Source of the DNA: an uncultured virus (IMG/VR IMGVR_UViG_3300021197_001353)
Taxonomy: Duplodnaviria; Heunggongvirae; Uroviricota; Caudoviricetes
Direction: 5' to 3' (one strand)
Virus record (IMG/VR): IMGVR_UViG_3300021197_001353
DNA: 64,000 nt
Made by a program: the position numbers and the translations under genes. Of this stretch, positions 1-7,007 are shown in pieces. The notes under the pieces are model-generated. The model was not told the origin of the DNA and ran no database searches. It saw only the letters and a program-made list of their open reading frames with translations. Position 1 is the first letter of the stretch. Each line of letters begins with the position of its first letter.

Positions 1-1
1 G

Positions 2-59
2 AAACGCAGTGAGGAATCGAACCTCACTTAACTCGAGTATTAGCCACCAGGCTACGTTT
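2..59 (-). ncRNA. Minimal tRNA-like element (acceptor stem + T-arm, no canonical D or anticodon arms)
   Basis: Minus strand reads AAACGTAG-(25 nt)-TGAGG TTCGATT CCTCA-CTGCGTTT-C. This gives a 7-8 bp acceptor stem (one G.U) stacked on a 5-bp T-stem with a canonical TTCGANT loop. The 3' end (any CCA) lies outside the window. Confidence 0.55.
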
Positions 60-68
60 GTAACCAGT

Positions 69-422
69 TTACTTGGTTTTGTTTATGATACCCCAACTAC
101 CTGTTGGGTACTTGATCCTGTATGGCATGTCATCAAACTTAGGATGTTTGATTGTAATCCATAGCACAGTGTTCTTACGTCTGCGTTTGATGTCGAACAA
201 GTCTACATTGCAGACAATGTGGTCACACGTAGTAGCTGACTCAAGCTGTATAGTCTCGAGGTTCTCATTGAACCGTGCTACGTATGTCTCACCGTACATG
301 TCTTGCAACATGCCGAACATACCACAGTTGTATGCTTGTGCGTTTGCTTCCATAGCAAGCAGAAGGGACAGGAATGCCCCTAATGCTGCTACGATAGCGT
401 ATCGAATGATAGTATCTCTCAT
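69..422 (-). CDS. Hypothetical protein with N-terminal signal peptide/TM segment
   Basis: 117 aa; starts MRDTIIRYAIVAALGAFLSLLLAMEANAQ; start overlaps the stop of ORF 419-610 (ATGA). Confidence 0.7.
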   Translation of the reverse strand: MRDTIIRYAIVAALGAFLSLLLAMEANAQAYNCGMFGMLQDMYGETYVARFNENLETIQLESATTCDHIVCNVDLFDIKRRRKNTVLWITIKHPKFDDMPYRIKYPTGSWGIINKTK

Positions 423-610
423 GATTCTGTTGTTTCGTGCTCATCAAGGATGGCACTTAGTTCTTTGACAGTCTTCTGTCTCTCTGCAATCTCAAGCATT
501 AAGCGTTGACGCTCTGATTGTGCTGCATTGAGTATTACCCACTTGTCGTTCTTCCATGTCTTGTAACGGTGAACTACTGGGTTGTTGAGTTTGTTCTTAT
601 TGAGGTCCAT
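419..610 (-). CDS. Small hypothetical coiled-coil protein
   Basis: 63 aa; ATG start; translationally coupled to 69-422. Confidence 0.6.
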   Translation of the reverse strand: MDLNKNKLNNPVVHRYKTWKNDKWVILNAAQSERQRLMLEIAERQKTVKELSAILDEHETTES

Positions 611-664
611 GTGTCATACTGTTAGATGATGTGAAAAGGAAAGGAGTGGAAAACATACCAGAAA

Positions 665-722
665 GTGGTGAGTATGACCTGGTAGCCACACTCACACACT
701 GACTAGTATATCAGAGCACCAC
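665..722 (-). other. Intergenic RNA hairpin / multibranch structure
   Basis: Minus strand forms an 11-bp stem GTGAGTGTGGC/GTCATACTCAC (668-695) with G.U pairs that work only on this strand. There is a second small stem CTGA/TCAG and an outer GTGGTG/CACCAC pairing. Confidence 0.5.
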
Positions 723-732
723 GCAAGGAAGC

Positions 733-909
733 TTACGCTTCCCCGTTGATATTGTTTGCAACGAGCACGAAGGAGTCATACTCAGGATGGTCTGGTGTGA
801 CCCACTGAAACAGTTCGCCCACCTCGTTGGTCTTGGTGTTGACGGTTTGACGAGAGAATGCGATGCCATGATCGAGCACGCGAGCTTGGGTTGGAATGAA
901 ACTTGTCAT
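733..909 (-). CDS. Small hypothetical protein (58 aa, MTSFIPTQAR...)
   Basis: ATG at 909-907 preceded by an A-rich leader (ACAAATCTATC). The longer track version from 1017 overlaps a + strand promoter and ORF. Confidence 0.55.
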   Translation of the reverse strand: MTSFIPTQARVLDHGIAFSRQTVNTKTNEVGELFQWVTPDHPEYDSFVLVANNINGEA

Positions 910-998
910 GATAGATTTGTTGCGGGGGATGGTTTGATCCGCGTAGCATAGTAGGGGTCTTTGACTGTGTAGGTTGTCACGCTCAAAAAAAATTTTAT

Positions 999-1006
999 TA
1001 TATTTG
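999..1006 (+). promoter_or_regulatory. Bacteroidota sigma-70 -7 element (TATATTTG)
   Basis: Exact TAnnTTTG consensus at the strand-switch point, 4 nt before ATG 1011. Confidence 0.7.
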
Positions 1007-1010
1007 CCGA

Positions 1011-1145
1011 ATGGCAAAACAAACTACCTTCCAAGAATTCGTTCAAAAAAAAGTATCACGACCTGGAATCCATGGCAAAACTAAATCGTCTCAGCACAAG
1101 TCTTCTAAGCTATACAAGAAGGCATATCGCGGTCAAGGCCGCTAG
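1011..1145 (+). CDS. 44-aa basic protein ending YKKAYRGQGR (not in the ORF track)
   Basis: Manual translation: MAKQTTFQEFVQKKVSRPGIHGKTKSSQHKSSKLYKKAYRGQGR*. It follows the promoter directly. The C-terminal YRGQGR resembles small basic phage proteins I recall. Confidence 0.65.
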   Translation: MAKQTTFQEFVQKKVSRPGIHGKTKSSQHKSSKLYKKAYRGQGR

Positions 1146-2910
1146 TCTAACAGCACTACTATTAATATCTCTAACCGCTCTATCACAGAGTTGGGTTAAC
1201 GTAGAGTTACAAGCAGATCAATACTCGACAGAAACGAGTTGGTCTATTGTACAGGGGGATAGCACGTTTGCATCAGGGGGTCCTTACACAGAGCCCTTTC
1301 AGTATGTACAACAACTCGTAGAACTACCACCGGGTGAATACAACTTCGTAGTTGATGATGCTTTCGGGGATGGTATCTGTTGTGGGTTTGGGGAAGGATG
1401 GATTGGGATAAGCAATGCGTGCGGTCTCAATGATTACTATTACGACTTCAGCACTAGCCAACTCGTAGTATTCTTTGACCTACTACCATGTCCCCCACCT
1501 ATCTATGGATGTGGAGACCCACAAGCCCTCAACTATAACCCGGATGCATTCTTCGAAACTGATGACTGTGTGTACAATATCACATTCCAACTCGACCTGA
1601 ATGGACCACACCCACCAGAGATAGATATCCCAGAAGTTAACTCTTCAGTAAATGGATGGTGTGGAGACTGTTGGGCGATGAGTGATGATGACGGCGACGG
1701 GGTGTGGGAGATAACAGTCCCCATGCCACAAGGACAACACCTGTGGAAATTCTCCGCAGACGAATGGGAGGTTCAGGAACAACCAGTAGGTGTTTCTGAG
1801 TCTCCTTGTTTTTTGTTCGATGAAAACGGGTTTGTAAATAGGACCATCAATGTAGAAGGGCCTATGACCCTACCCCCATTCTGTTGGGAGAGCTGCCTAC
1901 CNNNNNNNNNNNNNNNNNNNNNNNNNNNNNNNNNNNNNNNNNNNNNNNNNNNNNNNNNNNNNNNNNNNNNNNNNNNNNNNNNNNNNNNNNNNNNNNNNNN
2001 NGGGAACGAAGAGGTCTTCGACATAGTTCTGTCAGCCCAGCAGGATATCGAGATATTCTTTTTCACCACACCGCAGTCACAGAATCAAATAGCACAATGT
2101 GGGTTCATGCTCGAAGGACCGACAGGGGACACACTGATTAATGTACCTCAGTGGAGCATGATCCCATTCCCCAACACATACAGCGTACGACCATACTGCG
2201 GGAATACCTGTATCCCATTCTCGTACGGATGCACAGACACACTAGCCTACAACTTTGACGTCAACGCCAACAGTGAGAACGGGACTTGCTACTACAACCC
2301 AGGCTGCACACAAGCAGGCTACTTGGAATACTACACGCAAGACTTTGAAGCTGACTATGATGACGGGAGTTGCCAGACACTAGCCATCTTTGGATGCACG
2401 GATGAAGAAGCAATGAACTACGAACCTGAGGCTAACGTAGACAACAACAGCTGCATAGCCATACTAGAGGGGTGCATGGACCCAGACGCCTACAACTATG
2501 ATGACGAGGCAAACACATCTACCCAATGCTTCTATGACGCTGGATGTATTACAGGTCCAGGAGAACCTTACTGGTTAAATGACCAATGCTATGCGTGGGT
2601 TATATCTGTTGACCCCTACTGCTGCCAAACAGCGTGGGACAATGTATGCGTAGAGCTGTATGAGTACTGCGGTGATGGGATAACCAATATACCCACTTAC
2701 GTTAACGACATCAACGTATTCCCTAACCCAACGAAAGATGCAATAAGTATACAGGCGCCGGAGGGTACAATAACAACTGTCTACAACTCTGTCGGGCAGA
2801 AGATCACAACAACCTCAGAGAAAAGAATTACCCTCCCAGCAGCTGGGGTGTACACGGTAGTAATCAACTACAAGGGTAGAGTAATAAAAGAAACAATAGT
2901 AAAACAATGA
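1072..2910 (+). CDS. Secreted Cys-rich protein with GCxD repeats, a CBM/Ig-like domain and a T9SS (Por) type-A C-terminal sorting domain
   Basis: Signal-like SLTALLLISLTALSQ; WAMSDDDGDGVWEITVPM motif (CBM48/early-set-like); about five GC(T/M/G)D..A.N(Y/F)-type repeats; C-terminus INVFPNPTKD...VYNSVGQ...GVYTVVI...TIVKQ. The ORF spans the 100-N gap and its start is uncertain. Confidence 0.8.
   Translation: MAKLNRLSTSLLSYTRRHIAVKAASLTALLLISLTALSQSWVNVELQADQYSTETSWSIVQGDSTFASGGPYTEPFQYVQQLVELPPGEYNFVVDDAFGDGICCGFGEGWIGISNACGLNDYYYDFSTSQLVVFFDLLPCPPPIYGCGDPQALNYNPDAFFETDDCVYNITFQLDLNGPHPPEIDIPEVNSSVNGWCGDCWAMSDDDGDGVWEITVPMPQGQHLWKFSADEWEVQEQPVGVSESPCFLFDENGFVNRTINVEGPMTLPPFCWESCLXXXXXXXXXXXXXXXXXXXXXXXXXXXXXXXXXXGNEEVFDIVLSAQQDIEIFFFTTPQSQNQIAQCGFMLEGPTGDTLINVPQWSMIPFPNTYSVRPYCGNTCIPFSYGCTDTLAYNFDVNANSENGTCYYNPGCTQAGYLEYYTQDFEADYDDGSCQTLAIFGCTDEEAMNYEPEANVDNNSCIAILEGCMDPDAYNYDDEANTSTQCFYDAGCITGPGEPYWLNDQCYAWVISVDPYCCQTAWDNVCVELYEYCGDGITNIPTYVNDINVFPNPTKDAISIQAPEGTITTVYNSVGQKITTTSEKRITLPAAGVYTVVINYKGRVIKETIVKQ
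1902..2001. other. Assembly gap (100 N)
   Basis: Run of exactly 100 N, likely a placeholder; the true gap length is unknown. Confidence 0.98.
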
Positions 2911-3947
2911 GATACGTAATAGCACTTACACTACTAGCACTTACCTTTAGTGCAAATGGGCAAGACTTCTACAACAAAGTCCTCCGACGAGCGACGTTCT
3001 ATGCAGCAGCCAACGGAGGGAATTCAATCTCGGATCAAAGCATCTATTCCTTATCCTCCGGGTCACTTGCAACGGATGTTGTTGAGACCCCCTTCGACTA
3101 CAGTCTCACCCTTGGGATTCGGAAGATTGCTCGATTCGGTTATGAGAATAGAGCTAATGTGTTCTATGATGGCACTGAAAACACGTACGGGGACGCAGCC
3201 ACAGTCGGTAAGAGGAACGGGTTTGAGTTCCTCGCGGAAGCAGACTGGAGACGTCAACAAGGACGCAACTTTCTCGACCAAGACTACTTTGTAAGATACG
3301 TAGCGGACAACTGGATTGTCAAGGCAGAGTGGTTGCAGGACGGGTTTGCAGACATACGATACTTCGAAGGGTCACAGAGAGTTAGAGCTAGAATTGGGGA
3401 CAAGCTATCCTTAAATGCAGGCATCGTACAGCGTATATCAGAGCCTTACGGGTACGACCCGCTTAGCGAGCTTACAATAGACAATCAACTACACTATACA
3501 TCGCTTGCATTAGACGAGGGGTATACAATAGATGTTAACACTGGTGAATTCTTTGACCCTAGTGGAGCACTAGCAGCAAACGATCCTGCAGTGTGGGAGC
3601 AGGTAGTGATTCCCCAAGTTCTAAATGACTACGTTTCTAGAAAGCGAGCTGAACTCCCCGACCAGTGGGTGCATTCTGTTGTAGTAGGCTATGATTTTTA
3701 CCACTACAGCAAAGATTTTTGGCTGCACTCATGGGGTAACATGATGCCCTATCACGTGAACACAAATGGGGAATATTCTTACCACAACTTTGTAAACAGT
3801 TCACAGTGGGTAGATTACTCATTAGGTATTATCTTTGGGGTAAAGTTCAACAAAAGCTTTGGGATATTCCTAGAGGGTAAGTACAACAAGTATTGGGATA
3901 GAGAATGGCATGACTTCTCTGTAGGTTTGAACTACATACTTATTTAA
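2907..3947 (+). CDS. Putative outer-membrane beta-barrel protein
   Basis: Signal peptide MRYVIALTLLALTFSANGQ; alternating aromatic/hydrophobic strands; C-terminal FSVGLNYILI resembles a beta-signal. Confidence 0.6.
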   Translation: MRYVIALTLLALTFSANGQDFYNKVLRRATFYAAANGGNSISDQSIYSLSSGSLATDVVETPFDYSLTLGIRKIARFGYENRANVFYDGTENTYGDAATVGKRNGFEFLAEADWRRQQGRNFLDQDYFVRYVADNWIVKAEWLQDGFADIRYFEGSQRVRARIGDKLSLNAGIVQRISEPYGYDPLSELTIDNQLHYTSLALDEGYTIDVNTGEFFDPSGALAANDPAVWEQVVIPQVLNDYVSRKRAELPDQWVHSVVVGYDFYHYSKDFWLHSWGNMMPYHVNTNGEYSYHNFVNSSQWVDYSLGIIFGVKFNKSFGIFLEGKYNKYWDREWHDFSVGLNYILI

Positions 3948-3948
3948 C

Positions 3949-4233
3949 ATGGCTAAGAAGATAGGTGAGGATACTCAGGTAACACTAGACCTGAAGACAA
4001 TAGGGATGGCAGCGACGGGGTTAGGAGCCCTTATCAGTATGTGGTTTGTCCTGCAGGCCGACATCGCAGAAGCGAAAGAGCTACCACTTCCTGCTGATCC
4101 CGAGATCACTCGAATGGAATTTGATATGAAAGACCAACTTGTACGTCAGACTATTATGACTACACAAGAGGATGTATCAGAACTTAAGCAGGATCTTGAC
4201 CGGATTGAGGAAAAAATCGATAAACTTAAATAA
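3949..4233 (+). CDS. Small membrane protein (1 TM + coiled coil)
   Basis: IGMAATGLGALISMWFVL TM segment followed by a heptad-rich tail. Confidence 0.7.
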   Translation: MAKKIGEDTQVTLDLKTIGMAATGLGALISMWFVLQADIAEAKELPLPADPEITRMEFDMKDQLVRQTIMTTQEDVSELKQDLDRIEEKIDKLK

Positions 4234-4241
4234 CATGAAAC

Positions 4242-4604
4242 ATGAAAACTGTAATGCTATATGCGCTATTGTTTGCGTTGTTACTGGTACCTGCATCCAC
4301 GGTAAGTAATAGTGACCCATCAATAGACAGTGGCATCTATGTCGTTGAGTTCAATGCGAGCTTTAACGCACAGAATAGTGTGCCCTGGATAGAAAGCATA
4401 ACTGAGTGCAAGCCCCTACGCGTAGACATAGGAAAAGCACCAGATATGCAAAAGGAGCACAAGATTGTGGTAGTACCAACGATCATTGTGTTCAGTGAGG
4501 GTGAGGAAATAGAACGTTTCCAAGCTAACATCATGATGACAATGGAGGCTACTTCAGACGAAGTTCAAGAAGTAGTTGATGAAATTATTTTGAGCGACTT
4601 CTAA
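4242..4604 (+). CDS. Exported thioredoxin-fold protein lacking CxxC
   Basis: Signal peptide; YVVEFNASFN in place of the WCxxC motif; cis-Pro loop IVVVPTIIVFSEGEEIERF. Confidence 0.7.
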   Translation: MKTVMLYALLFALLLVPASTVSNSDPSIDSGIYVVEFNASFNAQNSVPWIESITECKPLRVDIGKAPDMQKEHKIVVVPTIIVFSEGEEIERFQANIMMTMEATSDEVQEVVDEIILSDF

Positions 4605-4619
4605 GTTGCCGTATATTTG
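4589..4619 (+). promoter_or_regulatory. Bacteroidota promoter (-33 TTTG, 19-nt spacer, -7 TATATTTG)
   Basis: TTTG at 4589-4592 and TATATTTG at 4612-4619. Confidence 0.75.
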
Positions 4620-4860
4620 CAACCGAAACCGCTTTGCGACCGGCCCTAGGTAATCAGTAAGGGTCTAGACATCGGGTTACATTAGCTGTCAACATAGGCA
4701 GTGAACGTTGTCCCCGGTAGTTTCAAAAAGTGCGTTGGTATAAAACTCGGGTGGGAACCAGGCTATAGGCTGAAAGAAATGCCCCCACACAGGCTAAAAA
4801 CGGCGAGTGGAAGTCCAACTGCTAAACATTAAAAACCCAAGGGGGTAAATTGTATCTAGT
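4620..4860 (+). ncRNA. Candidate structured non-coding RNA or long 5' leader
   Basis: Longest ORF-free stretch in a tightly packed window, directly behind a full promoter. Several stems are visible: GGCCCT/AGGGTC, CTGTC/GGCAG, CCG..AGTTT/AAACTCGG, GTGGG/CCCAC. Confidence 0.5.
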
Positions 4861-4861
4861 C

Positions 4862-5278
4862 ATGAGAGAAATTAAGCGCATCATCCTGCACTGCTCCGCC
4901 ACTCCAGAAGGTAGAGACATAGACGCAGCAACAATAAAGGACTGGCACGTTAACGGAAACGGCTGGTCGGATATTGGGTATCACTACGTCATAAAAATTG
5001 ACGGTGATATTGAGACTGGTAGGCAATTGGATCGCGTAGGTGCGCATACCAAGGGTCATAACAAAGATTCCATAGGTATTTGCTATATTGGGGGCATGGA
5101 TGCAGACATGAACCCCAAGGATACAATGAACGAAGTTCAGGAGTCAGCAATGAAAGAGTTGATCTACTCGCTGAGAATGGTGTGGGACAAGCCTCTCACC
5201 CTGCACGGGCACAACGAGTACGCTAGTAAAGCGTGCCCTAGCTTTAAAGTAAGCGAGAAGTTCCCCAATCTTCTATGA
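4862..5278 (+). CDS. N-acetylmuramoyl-L-alanine amidase endolysin (T7 lysozyme / Amidase_2 type)
   Basis: Motifs IILHCSAT, GWSDIGYHYVI, GAHTKGHN, SIGICYIGG, HGHNE..KACPSF. ATG 4862 preferred over TTG 4850. Confidence 0.93.
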   Translation: MREIKRIILHCSATPEGRDIDAATIKDWHVNGNGWSDIGYHYVIKIDGDIETGRQLDRVGAHTKGHNKDSIGICYIGGMDADMNPKDTMNEVQESAMKELIYSLRMVWDKPLTLHGHNEYASKACPSFKVSEKFPNLL

Positions 5279-6000
5279 AAGTATTAATACACACTTTGGT
5301 GTGGAAAAGACCTGAGGCCACAGAGCTCACGTACAAGGGTTTTGATAGGATACAGGAAAGACTTAAAGAGTCAGGCATAGATTCCGAGGTGCTAATAACA
5401 TCGTCAGAACCTGACCACACTGCTAGAGCCATAATCAGAGGCTACAATGTCTTTGATTACAAGAACCTACCAGTGGCTGAGAAGTATGATGCAGCAATGC
5501 ATGAAACACTTGACTACGAGTGGGACTTCCTAATGGAGATGGGCAGCAATAATCTGCTATCCGATGAATACATCCAAAGGTGGGTAGATAAATGTAACCA
5601 GAAAGAAAACAGATTCTTTGGAAGCAACAGATTCCTGTGTTTGTCTGCAGATAGGAGACACACCGCCGAGTTTGTAACCCCAACCGTAAACAAACTAACC
5701 AACTTGGGGAGAGGGGCAAGAAGAGATGTATGGGAAAGACTGCAGGATATAGGATCGTTTGTACCAAATAAGGAAAGAAACGAAGGTCTTGACACCATGA
5801 GCAACTATATGGCCAAGAAGTTTGTGCTTGGTAGAAGAGGATACCGACACAACATATGTAAAGACTACAACGGAATGCTAGACTTCAAAAGCGTTGAAGA
5901 TATGCACGATGATTCCAAGCATGTCCCAGAAAAACGAAGGAAAAAGGCCGACGCACCATACCTAATAAAGTTATTTCCAGAACTACAGGATTGGATGTAA
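5275..6000 (+). CDS. Putative GT-A fold glycosyltransferase-like protein
   Basis: N-terminal strand plus W-K-R, then NLPVAEKY and WDFLMEMGSNNLL at the usual DxD position. Confidence 0.5.
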   Translation: MKVLIHTLVWKRPEATELTYKGFDRIQERLKESGIDSEVLITSSEPDHTARAIIRGYNVFDYKNLPVAEKYDAAMHETLDYEWDFLMEMGSNNLLSDEYIQRWVDKCNQKENRFFGSNRFLCLSADRRHTAEFVTPTVNKLTNLGRGARRDVWERLQDIGSFVPNKERNEGLDTMSNYMAKKFVLGRRGYRHNICKDYNGMLDFKSVEDMHDDSKHVPEKRRKKADAPYLIKLFPELQDWM

Positions 6001-6012
6001 GGAAATCTTTTA

Positions 6013-6020
6013 TATATTTG
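6013..6020 (+). promoter_or_regulatory. Bacteroidota -7 promoter element (TATATTTG)
   Basis: Consensus match; TTG at 5991-5993 with a 19-nt spacer; upstream of groES. Confidence 0.7.
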
Positions 6021-6036
6021 CCAAAACCAAACAATT

Positions 6037-6318
6037 ATGGCAAATATCAAATTCCAACCAACCCGAGATTGGGTTGTACTCCCAACTCAGCGTAGAAGCA
6101 AGACCGATAGTGGTATCGAGCTTGTAGGGGGAGCAGAGCGCTCTCTAAAAACAAACATACTTAAGGTAGTCGCTGTAGGACCAACGTGTGAGATGGTCAA
6201 ACAAGGCGACACAGTTATGGTTCACCCTAACTCAGAAGGACTAGTAATCCATCTGGATGAGGGTGAATTTGTTATGGTCAATGAATTCCAGATCTGCGGG
6301 GTATTCCCAGAGGGATGA
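6037..6318 (+). CDS. groES: Co-chaperonin GroES/Cpn10 homolog
   Basis: FQPTRDWVVL, mobile loop KTDSGIEL, VVAVGP, VKQGDTVMV, EFVMVNEFQICGV. Confidence 0.85.
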   Translation: MANIKFQPTRDWVVLPTQRRSKTDSGIELVGGAERSLKTNILKVVAVGPTCEMVKQGDTVMVHPNSEGLVIHLDEGEFVMVNEFQICGVFPEG

Positions 6319-6548
6319 ACGGAACAGTCACCATACCTCTAGAAGAGTTTGACAAACTCCGGAAAGCAGGGGACGTAGCAGAAGAAAAAGACAAACAACT
6401 GCACCGTGCTGCCCGCGAACTGGAGGTTTTCCTGTCATTCCTTGTTACTAGAGAGCATATACAAGAGTATGTAGAAGAGTTTAACAGGCAATCCTCCAGC
6501 AGCAGAATCGATGTTGAGGAGGGGAGAGCAAAAATCGTATTGAGATGA
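6315..6548 (+). CDS. Hypothetical protein
   Basis: 77 aa; ATGA overlaps at both ends. Confidence 0.75.
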   Translation: MNGTVTIPLEEFDKLRKAGDVAEEKDKQLHRAARELEVFLSFLVTREHIQEYVEEFNRQSSSSRIDVEEGRAKIVLR

Positions 6549-6874
6549 GTAAGAACATCAATATAGCAGTGAAAACTACCTATCAATTTCTGCAGGTATT
6601 CAATGGTATACTGGAGCTAACAGACCGGGAACTACAAGTTCTCTCCAACTTTGTAGATACGGGAGAAGCAGTAAATCTGTGCGCCCCTGCTACAAAGAAG
6701 AAGGTAGCCGCAAGCCTTGGGATCAAAGATCCAAACACGTTAAACAACTATGTCAAGCGATTGAAGGATAAGGGTGCCATACAAAAGACAGATAGTGGCT
6801 ATAGGCTCAGCGGTCTGCTTAATTCAAAGAAAGGGGTTACAATAACTGTAAATGATGAGCGTAGTTCAGACTAG
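6545..6874 (+). CDS. Winged helix-turn-helix DNA-binding protein
   Basis: LTDRELQVL...KKKVAASLGI..NTLNNYVKRLKDKGAI pattern. Confidence 0.7.
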   Translation: MSKNINIAVKTTYQFLQVFNGILELTDRELQVLSNFVDTGEAVNLCAPATKKKVAASLGIKDPNTLNNYVKRLKDKGAIQKTDSGYRLSGLLNSKKGVTITVNDERSSD

Positions 6875-7007
6875 TTTTCTGTATGACCCGTGGGCAGTAA
6901 GCATAATATATCACAGAACGGGTAAAAGCGCTACAGTACTAATAATTAACATAGATACAGATGAAGAAGAAGCCATCAATGTTAGAAATGCTAAAGAATT
7001 TTGCTAA
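6852..7007 (+). CDS. Possible 51-aa hypothetical protein (below track cutoff)
   Basis: MMSVVQTSFLYDPW...NAKEFC* fills the gap between 6874 and 6961. Confidence 0.35.
   Translation: MMSVVQTSFLYDPWAVSIIYHRTGKSATVLIINIDTDEEEAINVRNAKEFC

Noticed and set aside
2..59. Functional canonical tRNA gene
   Set aside because: Too short and no assignable anticodon arm; reported only as tRNA-like.
73..468. Plus-strand 131-aa ORF
   Set aside because: It is antisense to the coupled minus-strand ORFs 69-422 and 419-610, which look more protein-like.
661..722. Hammerhead ribozyme in the structured spacer
   Set aside because: No CUGANGA core in the correct arrangement with GAAA on either strand.
1902..2001. 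Frame continuity of ORF 1072 across the gap as proof of a 612-aa length
   Set aside because: The 100 N are likely a placeholder. Both flanks fit one protein, but the true length is unknown.
4751..4820. RNase P-like words (GGAAGTCC; GAACCAGGCTAT) in the ncRNA candidate
   Set aside because: The matches are imperfect, in the wrong order, and do not form a proper P4 helix.
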